Under the pieces are notes generated by a model. It was not told where the DNA came from and searched no databases. It was given only the letters and a program-made list of their open reading frames with translations. A program made the translations under genes and the position numbers. From an uncultured Eubacteriales bacterium (lineage in GTDB: Bacteria > Bacillota > Clostridia > Christensenellales > CAG-314), in assembly GCA_948938605.1 (NCBI GenBank), contig CARAIG010000086.1:7931-71930 (forward strand): a stretch of 64,000 bases of DNA, in the 5' to 3' direction. The first letter of the stretch is position 1. Each line of letters begins with the position of its first letter. Shown here in pieces: positions 25,537 to 35,799 of this stretch.

Positions 25537-27882
25537 ATGGCAAAACAAGCGGATGACAATTTAATAACATTGCTTACCCCGCAGGAAAAAATAGCTCTTA
25601 CAACGGGAAGCGGTTTGTGGAATACTGCTCCTATCGACAAATTGGACATCAATTCCGTTACGGTTTCGGACGGACCGTTAGGACTGCGCAAAACGGTCGA
25701 AGGCGGAACGTTGCCTGCTGTGGCGTTTCCTTGCATTGCTAAACTTGCGTGCAGTTTCGACGTTGACGCAGCGCGTAAATACGGCGCTATGCTGGGCGAA
25801 CAGGCGCGCGCTCAAAACGTTGACATTTTATTGGCACCGGCAGTTAATATCAAGCGCGATCCCCGTTGCGGACGTAACTTCGAATATTTCAGCGAAGATC
25901 CGCTGCTTACCGCCGAACTTGCTTCGGCATATATCGAAGGCGTAAACAGTCAAGGTGCTGGCGTATGCGTAAAACACTTTGCCGCCAACAATCAGGAGTA
26001 CGGACGTTGGTATTGCGACAGCGTAATAGACGACAGGGCTTTGCGCGAAATTTACTTGTCGGCATTCGAACGTATAATAAAACGTACAAATCCCTGTGCT
26101 GTTATGTGTTCGTATAACAGACTTAACGGCGAATACTGTTCGCAGCATAAGCAGTTGCTGACGGACATTTTACGCGACGAATGGGGCTACAAAGGATTAG
26201 TTATGAGCGATTGGGGCGCAACCGACGACCGCGTTAAAGGTATTCAAGCAGGACTTGACCTTGAAATGCCGCAAGGGGACGTGACCGATGTGACCGCCGC
26301 TCTTGAAAACGGTTCGTTAGATGTCGCCGACGTAGACAAGGCAATCGGCCGCGTAATAGATTTAACAAAACAGTTTAAAACAATGACTGCGCGTAAGGAC
26401 GACGTGGAAGGTCAAAGGGAATTTGCCCGCAAGTTATCTGCCGAATGTTGCGTGCTGGTTAAAAACAACTGCAATTTGTTACCGTTCGGAAGTGACGGTA
26501 AACTGGCAGTAATAGGCGCGCTAGCCGAAACTCCCGTATATCAAGGGGGCGGCAGCAGTATCGTCAATGCGGAAAGCCACGACAGCTTGATAGTTGCGCT
26601 TAAACACGAAAACGTGGAATTTACCTATGCGCAAGGGTATCAAACTGACGGCAAAGGCAATGCGGAATTGCTTGAAGAAGCGCGCTTTGTTGCCGAACAT
26701 TCCGACAATGTTATTTTGATTGTAGGGGATAACCCTGCAACCGAAGGTTACGACCGTACAAATTGGTCTTTGCCTAAAAACCAACTGCAAGTAATAGACG
26801 CGGTAACTTCCGCCAACAGCAACGTTGTAATAGTATTGCAATGCGCTTCGTCGGTGGATACATCATTCTCTCATTCGGCAAAGGCAATGCTCATCGATTA
26901 CTATGGCGGCGAATACAGCGGACATGCGCTGTTTGACGTAATATTCGGACGCGTATCTCCCCAAGGACGTCTTGCGGAAACCTGGTATTTAAATTTACCT
27001 AAAATTGCGGACGACTTTGACAAGGATTACCACAGAGCGTTGTATAAGGAAAGCATTTTTGTGGGATACCGTTATACGTCTACCGCAAATGCCGAAGTAG
27101 CATTCCCGTTCGGATACGGATTCGGCTATTCGCAATTTAAGTGGACGGCTCCGTCAATTACCCACAAGGACAAATCCAAAATAACGGTAAACGTAACGGT
27201 TACTAACGTAGGTAGGTATGTCGATTCCGAAGTGGTGCAAGTTTATTCTACAAACTGCGACTGCCGCGATTTTATCGAAAGCAAAAAGTTGATCGGCTTT
27301 GCTAAGGCAACGTTAAAGCCTAAGGAAAAGAAAACGTTATCCATTGTAATACCTACAAGCGAATTGCAGCATTTCGATGTAAAGCAAGGCAAGTTTGTTT
27401 TGAACGGCGGCAAGTATTTAATTACATTGGGCAGCAATGTGTGCGACAGCCGTTTTACCGATGAATATGTAGTCAATGCGGAAAACGAAACTGCGGACGC
27501 GTCGCAGGAATATCCCTGCTATTATCAAGTGGACGAAGGTTTTTATCCTAGCGACGAGCAGTTTTTGGCTTTGTACGGAAAACCGCTTGTCGAACAACCC
27601 GCAGCCGTTTACGTTAGCACGCCGTTAGCCGATATAGGCAACGGGCTTGTCGCTAAAATTGTAAAGTCGTGTTTTACGCACAATATGGACGAATTGACGG
27701 TTAAGTACACAATGGCAATGCCTTTGCGGACGTTTGTGCCGTACAAACTGTCTAGGGAAATGCTACTTACGTTAATAGATATGTTAAACGGCAATGTGTT
27801 TAAAAATTTGTGGAAGTTGTTTAAACAGTATTTGTCACGTAAAAAGGAAATCCGCAAACAGTCTAAGGCGGTCAAGAAGTAA
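25537..27882 (+). CDS. glycoside hydrolase family 3 beta-glucosidase
   Basis: GLVMSDWGA nucleophile block, KHFAANNQE, and a C-terminal fibronectin-like region. I moved the start to the ATG at 25537, after GGGAGG. Confidence 0.88.
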   Translation: MAKQADDNLITLLTPQEKIALTTGSGLWNTAPIDKLDINSVTVSDGPLGLRKTVEGGTLPAVAFPCIAKLACSFDVDAARKYGAMLGEQARAQNVDILLAPAVNIKRDPRCGRNFEYFSEDPLLTAELASAYIEGVNSQGAGVCVKHFAANNQEYGRWYCDSVIDDRALREIYLSAFERIIKRTNPCAVMCSYNRLNGEYCSQHKQLLTDILRDEWGYKGLVMSDWGATDDRVKGIQAGLDLEMPQGDVTDVTAALENGSLDVADVDKAIGRVIDLTKQFKTMTARKDDVEGQREFARKLSAECCVLVKNNCNLLPFGSDGKLAVIGALAETPVYQGGGSSIVNAESHDSLIVALKHENVEFTYAQGYQTDGKGNAELLEEARFVAEHSDNVILIVGDNPATEGYDRTNWSLPKNQLQVIDAVTSANSNVVIVLQCASSVDTSFSHSAKAMLIDYYGGEYSGHALFDVIFGRVSPQGRLAETWYLNLPKIADDFDKDYHRALYKESIFVGYRYTSTANAEVAFPFGYGFGYSQFKWTAPSITHKDKSKITVNVTVTNVGRYVDSEVVQVYSTNCDCRDFIESKKLIGFAKATLKPKEKKTLSIVIPTSELQHFDVKQGKFVLNGGKYLITLGSNVCDSRFTDEYVVNAENETADASQEYPCYYQVDEGFYPSDEQFLALYGKPLVEQPAAVYVSTPLADIGNGLVAKIVKSCFTHNMDELTVKYTMAMPLRTFVPYKLSREMLLTLIDMLNGNVFKNLWKLFKQYLSRKKEIRKQSKAVKK

Positions 27883-27901
27883 CTTTTAAAGGAATTAATT
27901 T

Positions 27902-28921
27902 ATGATAGCTCAACAAAAATTCGGTGTTTATAAAAGACAGGAAATAACCGCGTTTAAATTATCCGACAAAATAGACGTTTTGGTATGTAATTTGGGTGCG
28001 ACTATCCTGTCTATAAAAGTTCCCGACAGTAACGGCGACAAAGTGGACGTGGCGTTGAATATGACGTCAGTTGACGATCTTGTCGAAAACGGCGGCTATA
28101 TGGGCGCAGTAGTGGGACGGTGCTGCAACCGTATCGAAGACGGACGTTTTACATTAAACGGCGTAACTTACCAACTTGCTAAAAACGACCATGGATTTGC
28201 ACATCTGCACGGCGGCGAGCAAGGCTTTGACAAACGCGTATTCCGCGCTACAATCGAAGAAGATACCAACAGTATTTTAATGGAATACGTCAGTCCCGAC
28301 GGCGAAGAAGGTTACCCCGGTACGCTAAAATTTGCGGTGCGTTACACCGTTAAAGGCAGTACGTTGGCAATCGATTATTTTGGCGAATGCGACAAGGATA
28401 CGGTGTTCAATCCTACTAACCATACGTATTTCAACCTTAACGGCGAAGACGACGGCAGCGTACTGGACAATGTATTGCAAATACGCGCAGACAGTTATTT
28501 GGAAGTAAATAAGTATCTTATTCCTGTAAGCAAGTCGCCTGTTATCAACACTCCTTTTGACTTTAACGAACCAAAGCCCATAGGGGAAGATATCGAAGAA
28601 GATTTCGAACAATTGTTAATTGCCGGCGGTTACGACCATAATTATTGTTTAAACGATTATAATGCGGCAACCGTTTATTCGCCGACAACCGGTATTTGTA
28701 TGGATGTATTTACCGACTGTTGCGGTTTGCAGTTTTATACGGGTAACTTTTTGGAAGGACAGCAAGGTAAATCGGTGTACGAAGCAAATTCGGGATTTTG
28801 CCTGGAAACGCAGTATTATCCCAACGCTATAAACATACAAAACGACGATGTAGAAAAACCGATACTTAAAAAGGGTGAAAAGTTCCATTCCCGTACGGAA
28901 TACGTATTTTCGGTACTGTAA
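27902..28921 (+). CDS. galM: aldose 1-epimerase (galactose mutarotase)
   Basis: 339 aa with NRIEDGRFTLNGVTYQLAKND, LHGG and PTNHTYFNL blocks. Confidence 0.85.
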   Translation: MIAQQKFGVYKRQEITAFKLSDKIDVLVCNLGATILSIKVPDSNGDKVDVALNMTSVDDLVENGGYMGAVVGRCCNRIEDGRFTLNGVTYQLAKNDHGFAHLHGGEQGFDKRVFRATIEEDTNSILMEYVSPDGEEGYPGTLKFAVRYTVKGSTLAIDYFGECDKDTVFNPTNHTYFNLNGEDDGSVLDNVLQIRADSYLEVNKYLIPVSKSPVINTPFDFNEPKPIGEDIEEDFEQLLIAGGYDHNYCLNDYNAATVYSPTTGICMDVFTDCCGLQFYTGNFLEGQQGKSVYEANSGFCLETQYYPNAINIQNDDVEKPILKKGEKFHSRTEYVFSVL

Positions 28922-28982
28922 TTGTTTGGACTAAATCGAAGTCGTAAATAATTTTAAATTAATATTTAACAGGAGCAAAAAA

Positions 28983-29420
28983 ATGTTATTGGCATTTGCG
29001 TCTACTAGCGAAATTATAAGAGTGGTATTGATAATAGTTTGTATTGCGTGCGCGTTGTGTTTAATTGCCGTATTGGTTTATTCGGCGATTATCGCCCGTC
29101 GCAAAAAGAATGACGGCGAACAGCCGATGGATGAAACCGAAAGTGAAAATGCCGATACCGACGTAATTACAGATAATACTGACGTGGCAACCGACAGTAT
29201 CGTAATGTCGCGCAACGTAATGTATTCGGCAGGCGTAAACGGACAGTTTGCCGTAGGAACATATACTGTAAGTAATGCCGACGGTTCGTCTGAAAAGTTT
29301 AATATGCGCGTTAACGGTCTTGTACGTGAATACGAAAACGGCGATATAATAACGTTTGCCGAAGGCGATACGGTAAGCCCCGTTTCGGGTTCGGTGTCAT
29401 TAAACAAGTTCGGTGACTAG
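28983..29420 (+). CDS. hypothetical membrane-anchored protein (145 aa)
   Basis: One TM helix, then an acidic linker and a small beta-rich domain. No recognisable family. Confidence 0.45.
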   Translation: MLLAFASTSEIIRVVLIIVCIACALCLIAVLVYSAIIARRKKNDGEQPMDETESENADTDVITDNTDVATDSIVMSRNVMYSAGVNGQFAVGTYTVSNADGSSEKFNMRVNGLVREYENGDIITFAEGDTVSPVSGSVSLNKFGD

Positions 29421-30081
29421 TATGGAGCGTTATTATAACGGTTGGGACGAATTGTTTAAGGAAGAATTTGCTAAACCGTATTTCAAAAATTTAAAAGCGT
29501 TTTTAGTGGAACGCTATGCGCAAACCGAAGTTTATCCGCCTAAAAAACTGATGCTTAATGCATTTGACAACACTGCGTACGACGATGTAAACGTGGTAAT
29601 TTTAGGGCAAGACCCTTACTACAATCCGGGACAAGCTATGGGTATGAGTTTTTCTGTTCCGCAAGGGGTTATGGTGCCTATGAGTTTAGTCAATATTTTT
29701 AAGGAAATAAATGACGATTTAGGGTATCCTTCTAGTATAAAAGGCGGCGATCTTACCCCTTGGGCAAGGCAAGGAGTTTTGTTGCTTAATACCGCTTTGA
29801 CAGTGGAGCGCGGTAAGCCCAATTCCCACCAAGGAAAAGGTTGGGAAATTTTTACCGACCGAGTGATCGGTTATTTAAACGAACGCGAACGGGGAATGGT
29901 GTTTATGTTGTGGGGGCGTAACGCTTATGCCAAAAAGCAACTTATAACAAATCCGCAACACTTGGTTTTGACGGCTGCGCACCCAAGTCCGTTGTCTGCT
30001 TATAACGGATTTTTCGGATGCGGACATTTCAGTAAAGCTAATGCATTTTTGGAAAAACAAAACCGATCTATAAAATGGTAG
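29413..30081 (+). CDS. ung: uracil-DNA glycosylase
   Basis: VILGQDPYYNPGQAMGMSFSV and AAHPSPLSA motifs. The start is either GTG at 29413 or ATG at 29422. Confidence 0.92.
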   Translation: MTSMERYYNGWDELFKEEFAKPYFKNLKAFLVERYAQTEVYPPKKLMLNAFDNTAYDDVNVVILGQDPYYNPGQAMGMSFSVPQGVMVPMSLVNIFKEINDDLGYPSSIKGGDLTPWARQGVLLLNTALTVERGKPNSHQGKGWEIFTDRVIGYLNERERGMVFMLWGRNAYAKKQLITNPQHLVLTAAHPSPLSAYNGFFGCGHFSKANAFLEKQNRSIKW

Positions 30082-30118
30082 CAGTGCTACAATTCAACTG
30101 TAATATAGGAGGCGTACT

Positions 30119-30910
30119 GTGTCTAGGGCAGTTATGACGATACACGGTTTTTTAACCGATACAAAAGATTTCGGCAGATTGTACGAATATTTGGATTTTT
30201 ACGACGAAGTCGTCCCTTGCGAAGTTCCGGGGCATAACGGCGAAACGGACTTTTCCAAATTTACCGTTGAAAGTACCTTGGTGGAAGTTACAGGTTGCTT
30301 TGACAGGTTGAAATCAAAATATGACGAAGTAGACGTAATAGGTTTTTCGATGGGCGGAGCATTGGCAAGTTATCTTGCAATTACGCGTAACGTTCGCAAA
30401 TGTATCCTTATGTCGCCCGCAAACAAATATCTTAACCCTAGGTTTGTGTTTGATGCAATGAAGTATTACATTGAATTGCAACGCACTACATACAAATCTG
30501 CGCAAGGTAAACTACATCAAAAAGTATCGGCAGTAAAGGAAAGTATGCGTCCGTATCAACGCAATATGTCTGCTTGTTTGAAGTTGGAGTTCGACAGAAT
30601 TTTGCCGAATCTCAATGCTCACACGTATAGGGTTTTCCGTAAATTGATTGAAAAAATTAACAAAACAATCGAGGTTTCGCCTAATGCTCAAATGCCCACT
30701 TTAATTGTACGCGGCGACTTGGACGAACTTGTTCCGCAAAGCTCGGTAGATTACCTTGTTAAACACTTCGATAACTGCAAAACGGAGTGCTTTAAGGATA
30801 TAGGGCACGGTATGTTGTTTACCAACCGCGACAACGTAATTATACCTAAGTTGGTGGAATTTTTGTCCGACGGAGGTATAATTCCCGACGTTCCCTTTCG
30901 AGAGGTCTAA
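30119..30910 (+). CDS. alpha/beta-fold hydrolase (esterase/lipase-like)
   Basis: GFSMGG nucleophile elbow and a late DxxV...GH pattern. GTG start after AGGAGG. Confidence 0.75.
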   Translation: MSRAVMTIHGFLTDTKDFGRLYEYLDFYDEVVPCEVPGHNGETDFSKFTVESTLVEVTGCFDRLKSKYDEVDVIGFSMGGALASYLAITRNVRKCILMSPANKYLNPRFVFDAMKYYIELQRTTYKSAQGKLHQKVSAVKESMRPYQRNMSACLKLEFDRILPNLNAHTYRVFRKLIEKINKTIEVSPNAQMPTLIVRGDLDELVPQSSVDYLVKHFDNCKTECFKDIGHGMLFTNRDNVIIPKLVEFLSDGGIIPDVPFREV

Positions 30911-31028
30911 GCCCGTATAAACATCGCAATACTTTGTTGTCCTTGCGTTTTTGCTCAGTCACGTACGTCTAGTACGCTCCTGTCGCAAAATACGCGGTCG
31001 CCTCGTCTTGCTCGTTTCTACGGGCTTA
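30908..31028. mobile_element. MITE-like 121-bp element with TAAGCCCGTA/TACGGGCTTA termini (copy B)
   Basis: Same termini and central block as 17661-17783. Its first three bases are the TAA stop of the hydrolase gene. Confidence 0.6.
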
Positions 31029-31047
31029 AACAAGCCCTTAATTGTTT

Positions 31048-31130
31048 GCCTTGTCTTGCACGCTTTGGCTATGCAATCCGCACTGCGGATATGCGCTAAA
31101 CGCGTCGCGCCATTGCCCACCGCAAATTAT
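31048..31130 (+). repeat. ~80-nt conserved intergenic module (copy B) with the perfect palindrome ATCCGCACTGCGGAT
   Basis: Aligns to 17861-17940. Confidence 0.7.
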
Positions 31131-31140
31131 GTTCTATTCC

Positions 31141-31178
31141 GTCATTGCGAGGAGTGTAGCGACGAAGCAATCCAGAAT
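31141..31178 (+). repeat. GTCAT-type hairpin repeat, unit 6
   Basis: gtc-ATTGC-gaggagtgtagcgacgaa-GCAAT-ccagaat. Confidence 0.6.
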
Positions 31179-31260
31179 TAATTTAAACTTAACCTTAATT
31201 ACTCATTGTGCATTAAATTAGCATTGCAATGTTGTGTATAATTTAGTTGATTGCAAACGC

Positions 31261-31289
31261 TTGATTTTTTTTAAAACGTAGGATATAAT
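31261..31289 (+). promoter_or_regulatory. rpsF operon promoter (TTGATT-17-TATAAT)
   Basis: -35 at 31261-31266 and -10 at 31284-31289. Confidence 0.6.
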
Positions 31290-31362
31290 GATATTACTCA
31301 AATTTTGAGTACCTTGCCGTAACTACCCGTTACGGCCAAAAGACCATAAGGAGGTAAAAATT

Positions 31363-31644
31363 ATGAACAGTTATGAATTGTTGTACATTATCAACAACGA
31401 GTTGTCCGATGAAGCTAAGGCTAATCTTGTAGACAAATTAAACGCAGTTGTTACCGATAATGGCGGCGCAATAGACGGCGTAGACAAGTGGGGTACACGT
31501 AAGCTTGCTTATCCTATCAACTACAAAACCGAAGGTTACTATGTACTAGTAAACTTCACCGCGCCCGCAACTTTGCCTGACGAACTTGAACGTGTTATGC
31601 GCATCACCGATGCCGTAATCCGTTTTATGATTGTCAAAAAGTAA
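31363..31644 (+). CDS. rpsF: 30S ribosomal protein S6
   Basis: 93 aa, YELLYIINNELSDEA...WGTRKLAYPI. Confidence 0.93.
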   Translation: MNSYELLYIINNELSDEAKANLVDKLNAVVTDNGGAIDGVDKWGTRKLAYPINYKTEGYYVLVNFTAPATLPDELERVMRITDAVIRFMIVKK

Positions 31645-31666
31645 AGGACGTAATAGGAGCAAACAA

Positions 31667-32074
31667 ATGAATAAAGTATTTTTAATTGGTAGATTAACAC
31701 GCGATCCTCAGGCAACGACGTTTGATTCGGGAAGTTCGTGTTGCCGTTTTTCCATAGCGGTAGACCGTTATTCCCGCGACGGTGAAAACAAGGCGGATTT
31801 TATTAACATCACTACTTGGAATGCTCTTGCGCAAAACTGCGTAAAATATCTTACAAAGGGCAGTCAAGTTGGAGTTTCGGGAAGTATCCAAACGGGTAGT
31901 TACGAACGCGACGGTGTTAAATATCCTTCTTTTGAAGTTCGCGCCGACCAAGTGGAATTTTTGTCCCGCGCCAATGCGCAAGGAACAGGAACAGCTGCTC
32001 AACCTGCACGTCCCAAGGACGCAAGCATGAGTGAGTTAAAGGAAGTCGTCGACGATGACGATATGCCTTTCTAA
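31667..32074 (+). CDS. ssb: single-stranded DNA-binding protein
   Basis: [16 protein letters not shown] fold and an acidic C-terminal tail DDDDMPF. ATG at 31667 after AGGAG. Confidence 0.92.
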   Translation: MNKVFLIGRLTRDPQATTFDSGSSCCRFSIAVDRYSRDGENKADFINITTWNALAQNCVKYLTKGSQVGVSGSIQTGSYERDGVKYPSFEVRADQVEFLSRANAQGTGTAAQPARPKDASMSELKEVVDDDDMPF

Positions 32075-32093
32075 CAACAAGGAGATAATTACA

Positions 32094-32342
32094 ATGGAAC
32101 AAAATAAAGAATTTAAAAAGCCTATGAGAAGACCTGCTCGCCGTAAGGTTTGCAACTTCTGCGTAGAAAAGTCCGAAAGTATCGATTACAAGGACATCGC
32201 AAAACTCCGCAAATACCTTACCGAAAGCGGAAAAATTCTTCCCCGTCGTATGACAGGAGTTTGCGCCCGTCACCAAAGGGAACTTGCTGTAGCAATCAAA
32301 CGCGCTCGTCAAATGGCTTTAATTCCCTACGTAGCGGATTAA
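32094..32342 (+). CDS. rpsR: 30S ribosomal protein S18
   Basis: RRKVCNFC...IDYKD...[21 protein letters not shown] at 32094 after AAGGAG. Confidence 0.93.
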   Translation: MEQNKEFKKPMRRPARRKVCNFCVEKSESIDYKDIAKLRKYLTESGKILPRRMTGVCARHQRELAVAIKRARQMALIPYVAD

Positions 32343-32421
32343 TTTAAAAACTTTGTAACTCTACAAACCCAATCAGCGCGAAAGTGGGGTAGTCTTACAG
32401 CAGAATAACAACTAACAAACT

Positions 32422-32452
32422 AAGACCTTGTATTAAAAACAGGGTCTTTTTT
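32422..32452 (+). terminator. rho-independent terminator after rpsR
   Basis: aagaccttg...cagggtctt stem followed by a T-run. Confidence 0.7.
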
Positions 32453-32682
32453 AATTAGACCGTGCGGACAAACTTTTTAACAAATATTCCCGCAGCCGCT
32501 GTTAGGCGATAAGTATAAATCTGGGCGGATAAGTCAGTATTATGACAATGTATTACATTGTAGCGTTGAAATAAACCCCGTATATTATAAGAGAAGCAAC
32601 GAATGAATTGACAAATTAACTTTAAAATGTTAACCTATCAAATATTCATCGTTTATAATAGTAAAACAATACAATCCTTGAA

Positions 32683-34368
32683 ATGAAAATCAAATCAGAA
32701 AATTTAGTTATAATCATAATTACTTGTTTGCTAGCGATAGGTCTATTGTCCGCAGTCCTTTTGACAGTAATTTCTAATGTTGCTTACATTGGAAAAGACT
32801 ACTACAATGCGTGCGACAAATCGGTATTCGGCGAAAACGCGCTTGTGGCAAATGACGGCGACAATCAAAGCGAAAAGTTTAAGCAGTGTATTGCAACGGC
32901 AAGAGAAAACGGAAAAACGTTATATATCCCGTCGGGCGTGTATATTATTACCGAGTCGTTAACGGGTTGTTTTTATGATATAAAAATAACGGGTGACGCA
33001 AATGGCTGTACTGTTATTAAAAACGGCAAAACAGATAACGGGACCGTCGAATTCGGAAAATTCGACGATTACAGCCGTCGTGAAAACGTTTCAATAAGCA
33101 ATTTGTTTTTTGACGGCGTAGGAATTAATTTCCGAAAAGCGGACAATGCGGAAATTTACGGGAATATCTTTTACAATTCGCCGACTAAATTTATTGTCCA
33201 GTTGCAAGCCGGAAAAAATATGCAAGTTTACAATAATATTTTTTTGCGTGATATCAACAGCATTAGCGGTAGGGAAGCAAGGTGCTTGTATGTTGGCGGT
33301 TACGGTTTCGGTAACGAAGATGCGTACGGCAAACCTATGACTTTCGCACAAGATGTTTATATCCGCAATAATATTTTCGGTGCAAAAATCGATGAGCTTG
33401 ACAATATTGCTAAACAGCAGGACAATGGTTGCAAGGGCGTTATTCGAAGGTTGAAAAAAGCGATAGACCGCAAAAAAGTAGTTTTGTCGAATAATCAAAA
33501 CATTATTACGACTGGTATTAATTCGTTTTATTGTTTAAAAAATGCGTATATCGAAAATAACTACTTTCATTCGTTTTACGACGATTATTACGATATTGCA
33601 ACAGGCAAAGCGGAACTGCCTTGTACAATGGACCATATAACATATATAAGGGGTGCGCAGGATATTTTTATTTCGGGCAATTTTGTACAAGGGTGGCACA
33701 ACGGACCCGCCGGCGGATTCAAATTTAAGTCGTCTAACAAAATTACTATTGTTAACAATTATTTGCGTAATACCGGTATTATAATGTCTAACCATGCTGA
33801 GCAAGGTTGTACCGATATATTAACGAACGGCGGCGTTTCCGAATTGAAAAATTGGCTTATCGCTGAAAACACTTTTGATTTTACTCAAAGTCACGGTGCC
33901 TACGGAACAGGCATTTATTTTGAATTGGACAATCCCGAAAAAGTGCCTACTATTGTTGAAGATATAGTTCTGTTGGGCAACAAGTATATCAATTACAAAA
34001 ATATCGAGCCTGCATATATGCGTTTAAAAATTCGATTTTCTTGGACGGATAAGGCAGACGGAAAACCGTATTTTACTCCGCAAAATACTTGTTCGCTTAA
34101 TAATACACGGGACGACACCGACAACGGCGTATTGGAAATAGACCCTTGGACAGCGGACGATTATGCCGTAATGCGGACGGATTGGCAAAATATGCTGTCC
34201 GATGCGCCGACAATAGAAAAGTACTACAACAAAATTGTTAATACGTCTCTAAATAACAGTAAAACGTTAACGATAGTGTTGAGTATAACATTGCCGTTAT
34301 TAGTCGTCGTAATAAGTCTTACAGTATTTTTTACAATAAAAGCAAAGCGCGGTAAAGTCAATAAGTAA
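32683..34368 (+). CDS. right-handed beta-helix (pectate-lyase-fold) protein with N- and C-terminal TM anchors
   Basis: 561 aa. An N-terminal TM helix, GKTLYIPSGVYIITES, repeated beta-helix-like N/G-rich turns, and a C-terminal TM helix followed by KAKRGKVNK. Confidence 0.6.
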   Translation: MKIKSENLVIIIITCLLAIGLLSAVLLTVISNVAYIGKDYYNACDKSVFGENALVANDGDNQSEKFKQCIATARENGKTLYIPSGVYIITESLTGCFYDIKITGDANGCTVIKNGKTDNGTVEFGKFDDYSRRENVSISNLFFDGVGINFRKADNAEIYGNIFYNSPTKFIVQLQAGKNMQVYNNIFLRDINSISGREARCLYVGGYGFGNEDAYGKPMTFAQDVYIRNNIFGAKIDELDNIAKQQDNGCKGVIRRLKKAIDRKKVVLSNNQNIITTGINSFYCLKNAYIENNYFHSFYDDYYDIATGKAELPCTMDHITYIRGAQDIFISGNFVQGWHNGPAGGFKFKSSNKITIVNNYLRNTGIIMSNHAEQGCTDILTNGGVSELKNWLIAENTFDFTQSHGAYGTGIYFELDNPEKVPTIVEDIVLLGNKYINYKNIEPAYMRLKIRFSWTDKADGKPYFTPQNTCSLNNTRDDTDNGVLEIDPWTADDYAVMRTDWQNMLSDAPTIEKYYNKIVNTSLNNSKTLTIVLSITLPLLVVVISLTVFFTIKAKRGKVNK

Positions 34369-34591
34369 ATAAAAGGTTTGTCATTTGTGTAAAACAGTGT
34401 ACATTTTTTGCCAACTATGTTATACTTATCCAAATTGTAAACAGCTTGGAACGTAATAAATCTCACCCAAAGTATATTGATGTTTGAGTGAGATTTTTCT
34501 ATAAGCAAACAGACGAATTTTTAGTAATTAAAATTTGTTTACTTAAAAATTTAATCATAGTACGATGGCTTAGCGTGTGTAAAATAAGATT

Positions 34592-35797
34592 ATGAACATT
34601 TTAAAAAAACTCGGTTGCAGAATATATCAACATACATTATATATCGGTATGGCGTTTATGCCTTGGCGCGAACCCAAAATACTGGGCGGACAGGACAGTT
34701 TTGTCAATGCTGTGGATTTTATGGCAAACAACGGTGTTAAACGTCCGCTTGTTGTTTGCGACAAACCTGCATTGGAACGCGGAGCTTTGCAACCGTTTTT
34801 CGACAAAGCACAAGGTATACTCGATTACGCCGTATATGACGGCGTTTTGCCTAATCCCACTGTCGAACAGGTGGAAACGGGACTTGCCGTATACAAGGAA
34901 CACAACTGCGACGGCATATTGGCATTCGGCGGCGGTAGCGCAATGGATTGCGCTAAGGCTATCGGTGCAAGAGTCGTCCGTCCCCAAAAAACCGTTAACC
35001 AAATGAAAGGACTGCTTAAAGTCGGGCGTAAACTGCCGCCGTTTTTTGCAGTGCCTACTACGGCGGGTACCGGTAGCGAATGTACGGTGGCGGCGGTTAT
35101 AACCGACGAAAAAACGCATTTAAAGTATCCCGTTAACGACTTTAACCTTATACCGCATTACGCTATACTCGACCCTAAACTTACTTCGAGTTTACCGCCG
35201 TTTTTAACAGCAACTACCGGAATGGACGCATTAACGCACGCTGTCGAAGCTTATATAGGACGCGGTAACACGCGCAAAACCAAACGTCAAGCGGAACAAG
35301 CCGTAAAACTGATTTTTGACAATTTGTACGAAGCCACTGTTAACGGAACAAACCTTGATGCACGCGACAATATGCAAAAGGCTGCGTATCTTGCGGGACT
35401 TGCGTTTACCCGCGCTTATGTCGGTTATGTCCACGCGTTAGCGCACGCTTTGGGCGGTAAGTACGGTATATCTCACGGTTTTGCCAATGCCGTACTGTTA
35501 CCTGTTGTTTTGGACGAATACGGCAAGTCCGCTTACAAACCGCTTGCCAAACTTGCGCGTTTAACGCACTTGGCGGACAAGTCCGACGGTAATGAAACTG
35601 CGGCTAAAAAATTTATCGATGCAGTGCGCGAACTAAACGGACGCTTGTCAATTCCGTCGACGTTTGAAGGTAAAATTGCCGAACAAGATTTTGACGAACT
35701 GGCGCAGCACGCGGATAAGGAAGCAAACCCGTTGTATCCCGTACCAAAACTGATGAACAAAAACGAACTTAAACAGATCTATTACAAAGTACTATAA
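34592..35797 (+). CDS. iron-containing (group III) alcohol dehydrogenase
   Basis: GGGSAMDCAKA, His-rich metal site region (HALAHALGGKYGISHG). Confidence 0.85.
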   Translation: MNILKKLGCRIYQHTLYIGMAFMPWREPKILGGQDSFVNAVDFMANNGVKRPLVVCDKPALERGALQPFFDKAQGILDYAVYDGVLPNPTVEQVETGLAVYKEHNCDGILAFGGGSAMDCAKAIGARVVRPQKTVNQMKGLLKVGRKLPPFFAVPTTAGTGSECTVAAVITDEKTHLKYPVNDFNLIPHYAILDPKLTSSLPPFLTATTGMDALTHAVEAYIGRGNTRKTKRQAEQAVKLIFDNLYEATVNGTNLDARDNMQKAAYLAGLAFTRAYVGYVHALAHALGGKYGISHGFANAVLLPVVLDEYGKSAYKPLAKLARLTHLADKSDGNETAAKKFIDAVRELNGRLSIPSTFEGKIAEQDFDELAQHADKEANPLYPVPKLMNKNELKQIYYKVL

Positions 35798-35799
35798 TT

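Noticed and set aside
34224-34508. Minus-strand 94-aa ORF in the gap after the beta-helix gene, and the 88-aa ORF at 51502-51768.
   Set aside because: The first overlaps the 3' end of a confident gene and the second overlaps a terminator. Both are AT-rich chance ORFs with no RBS or motif.
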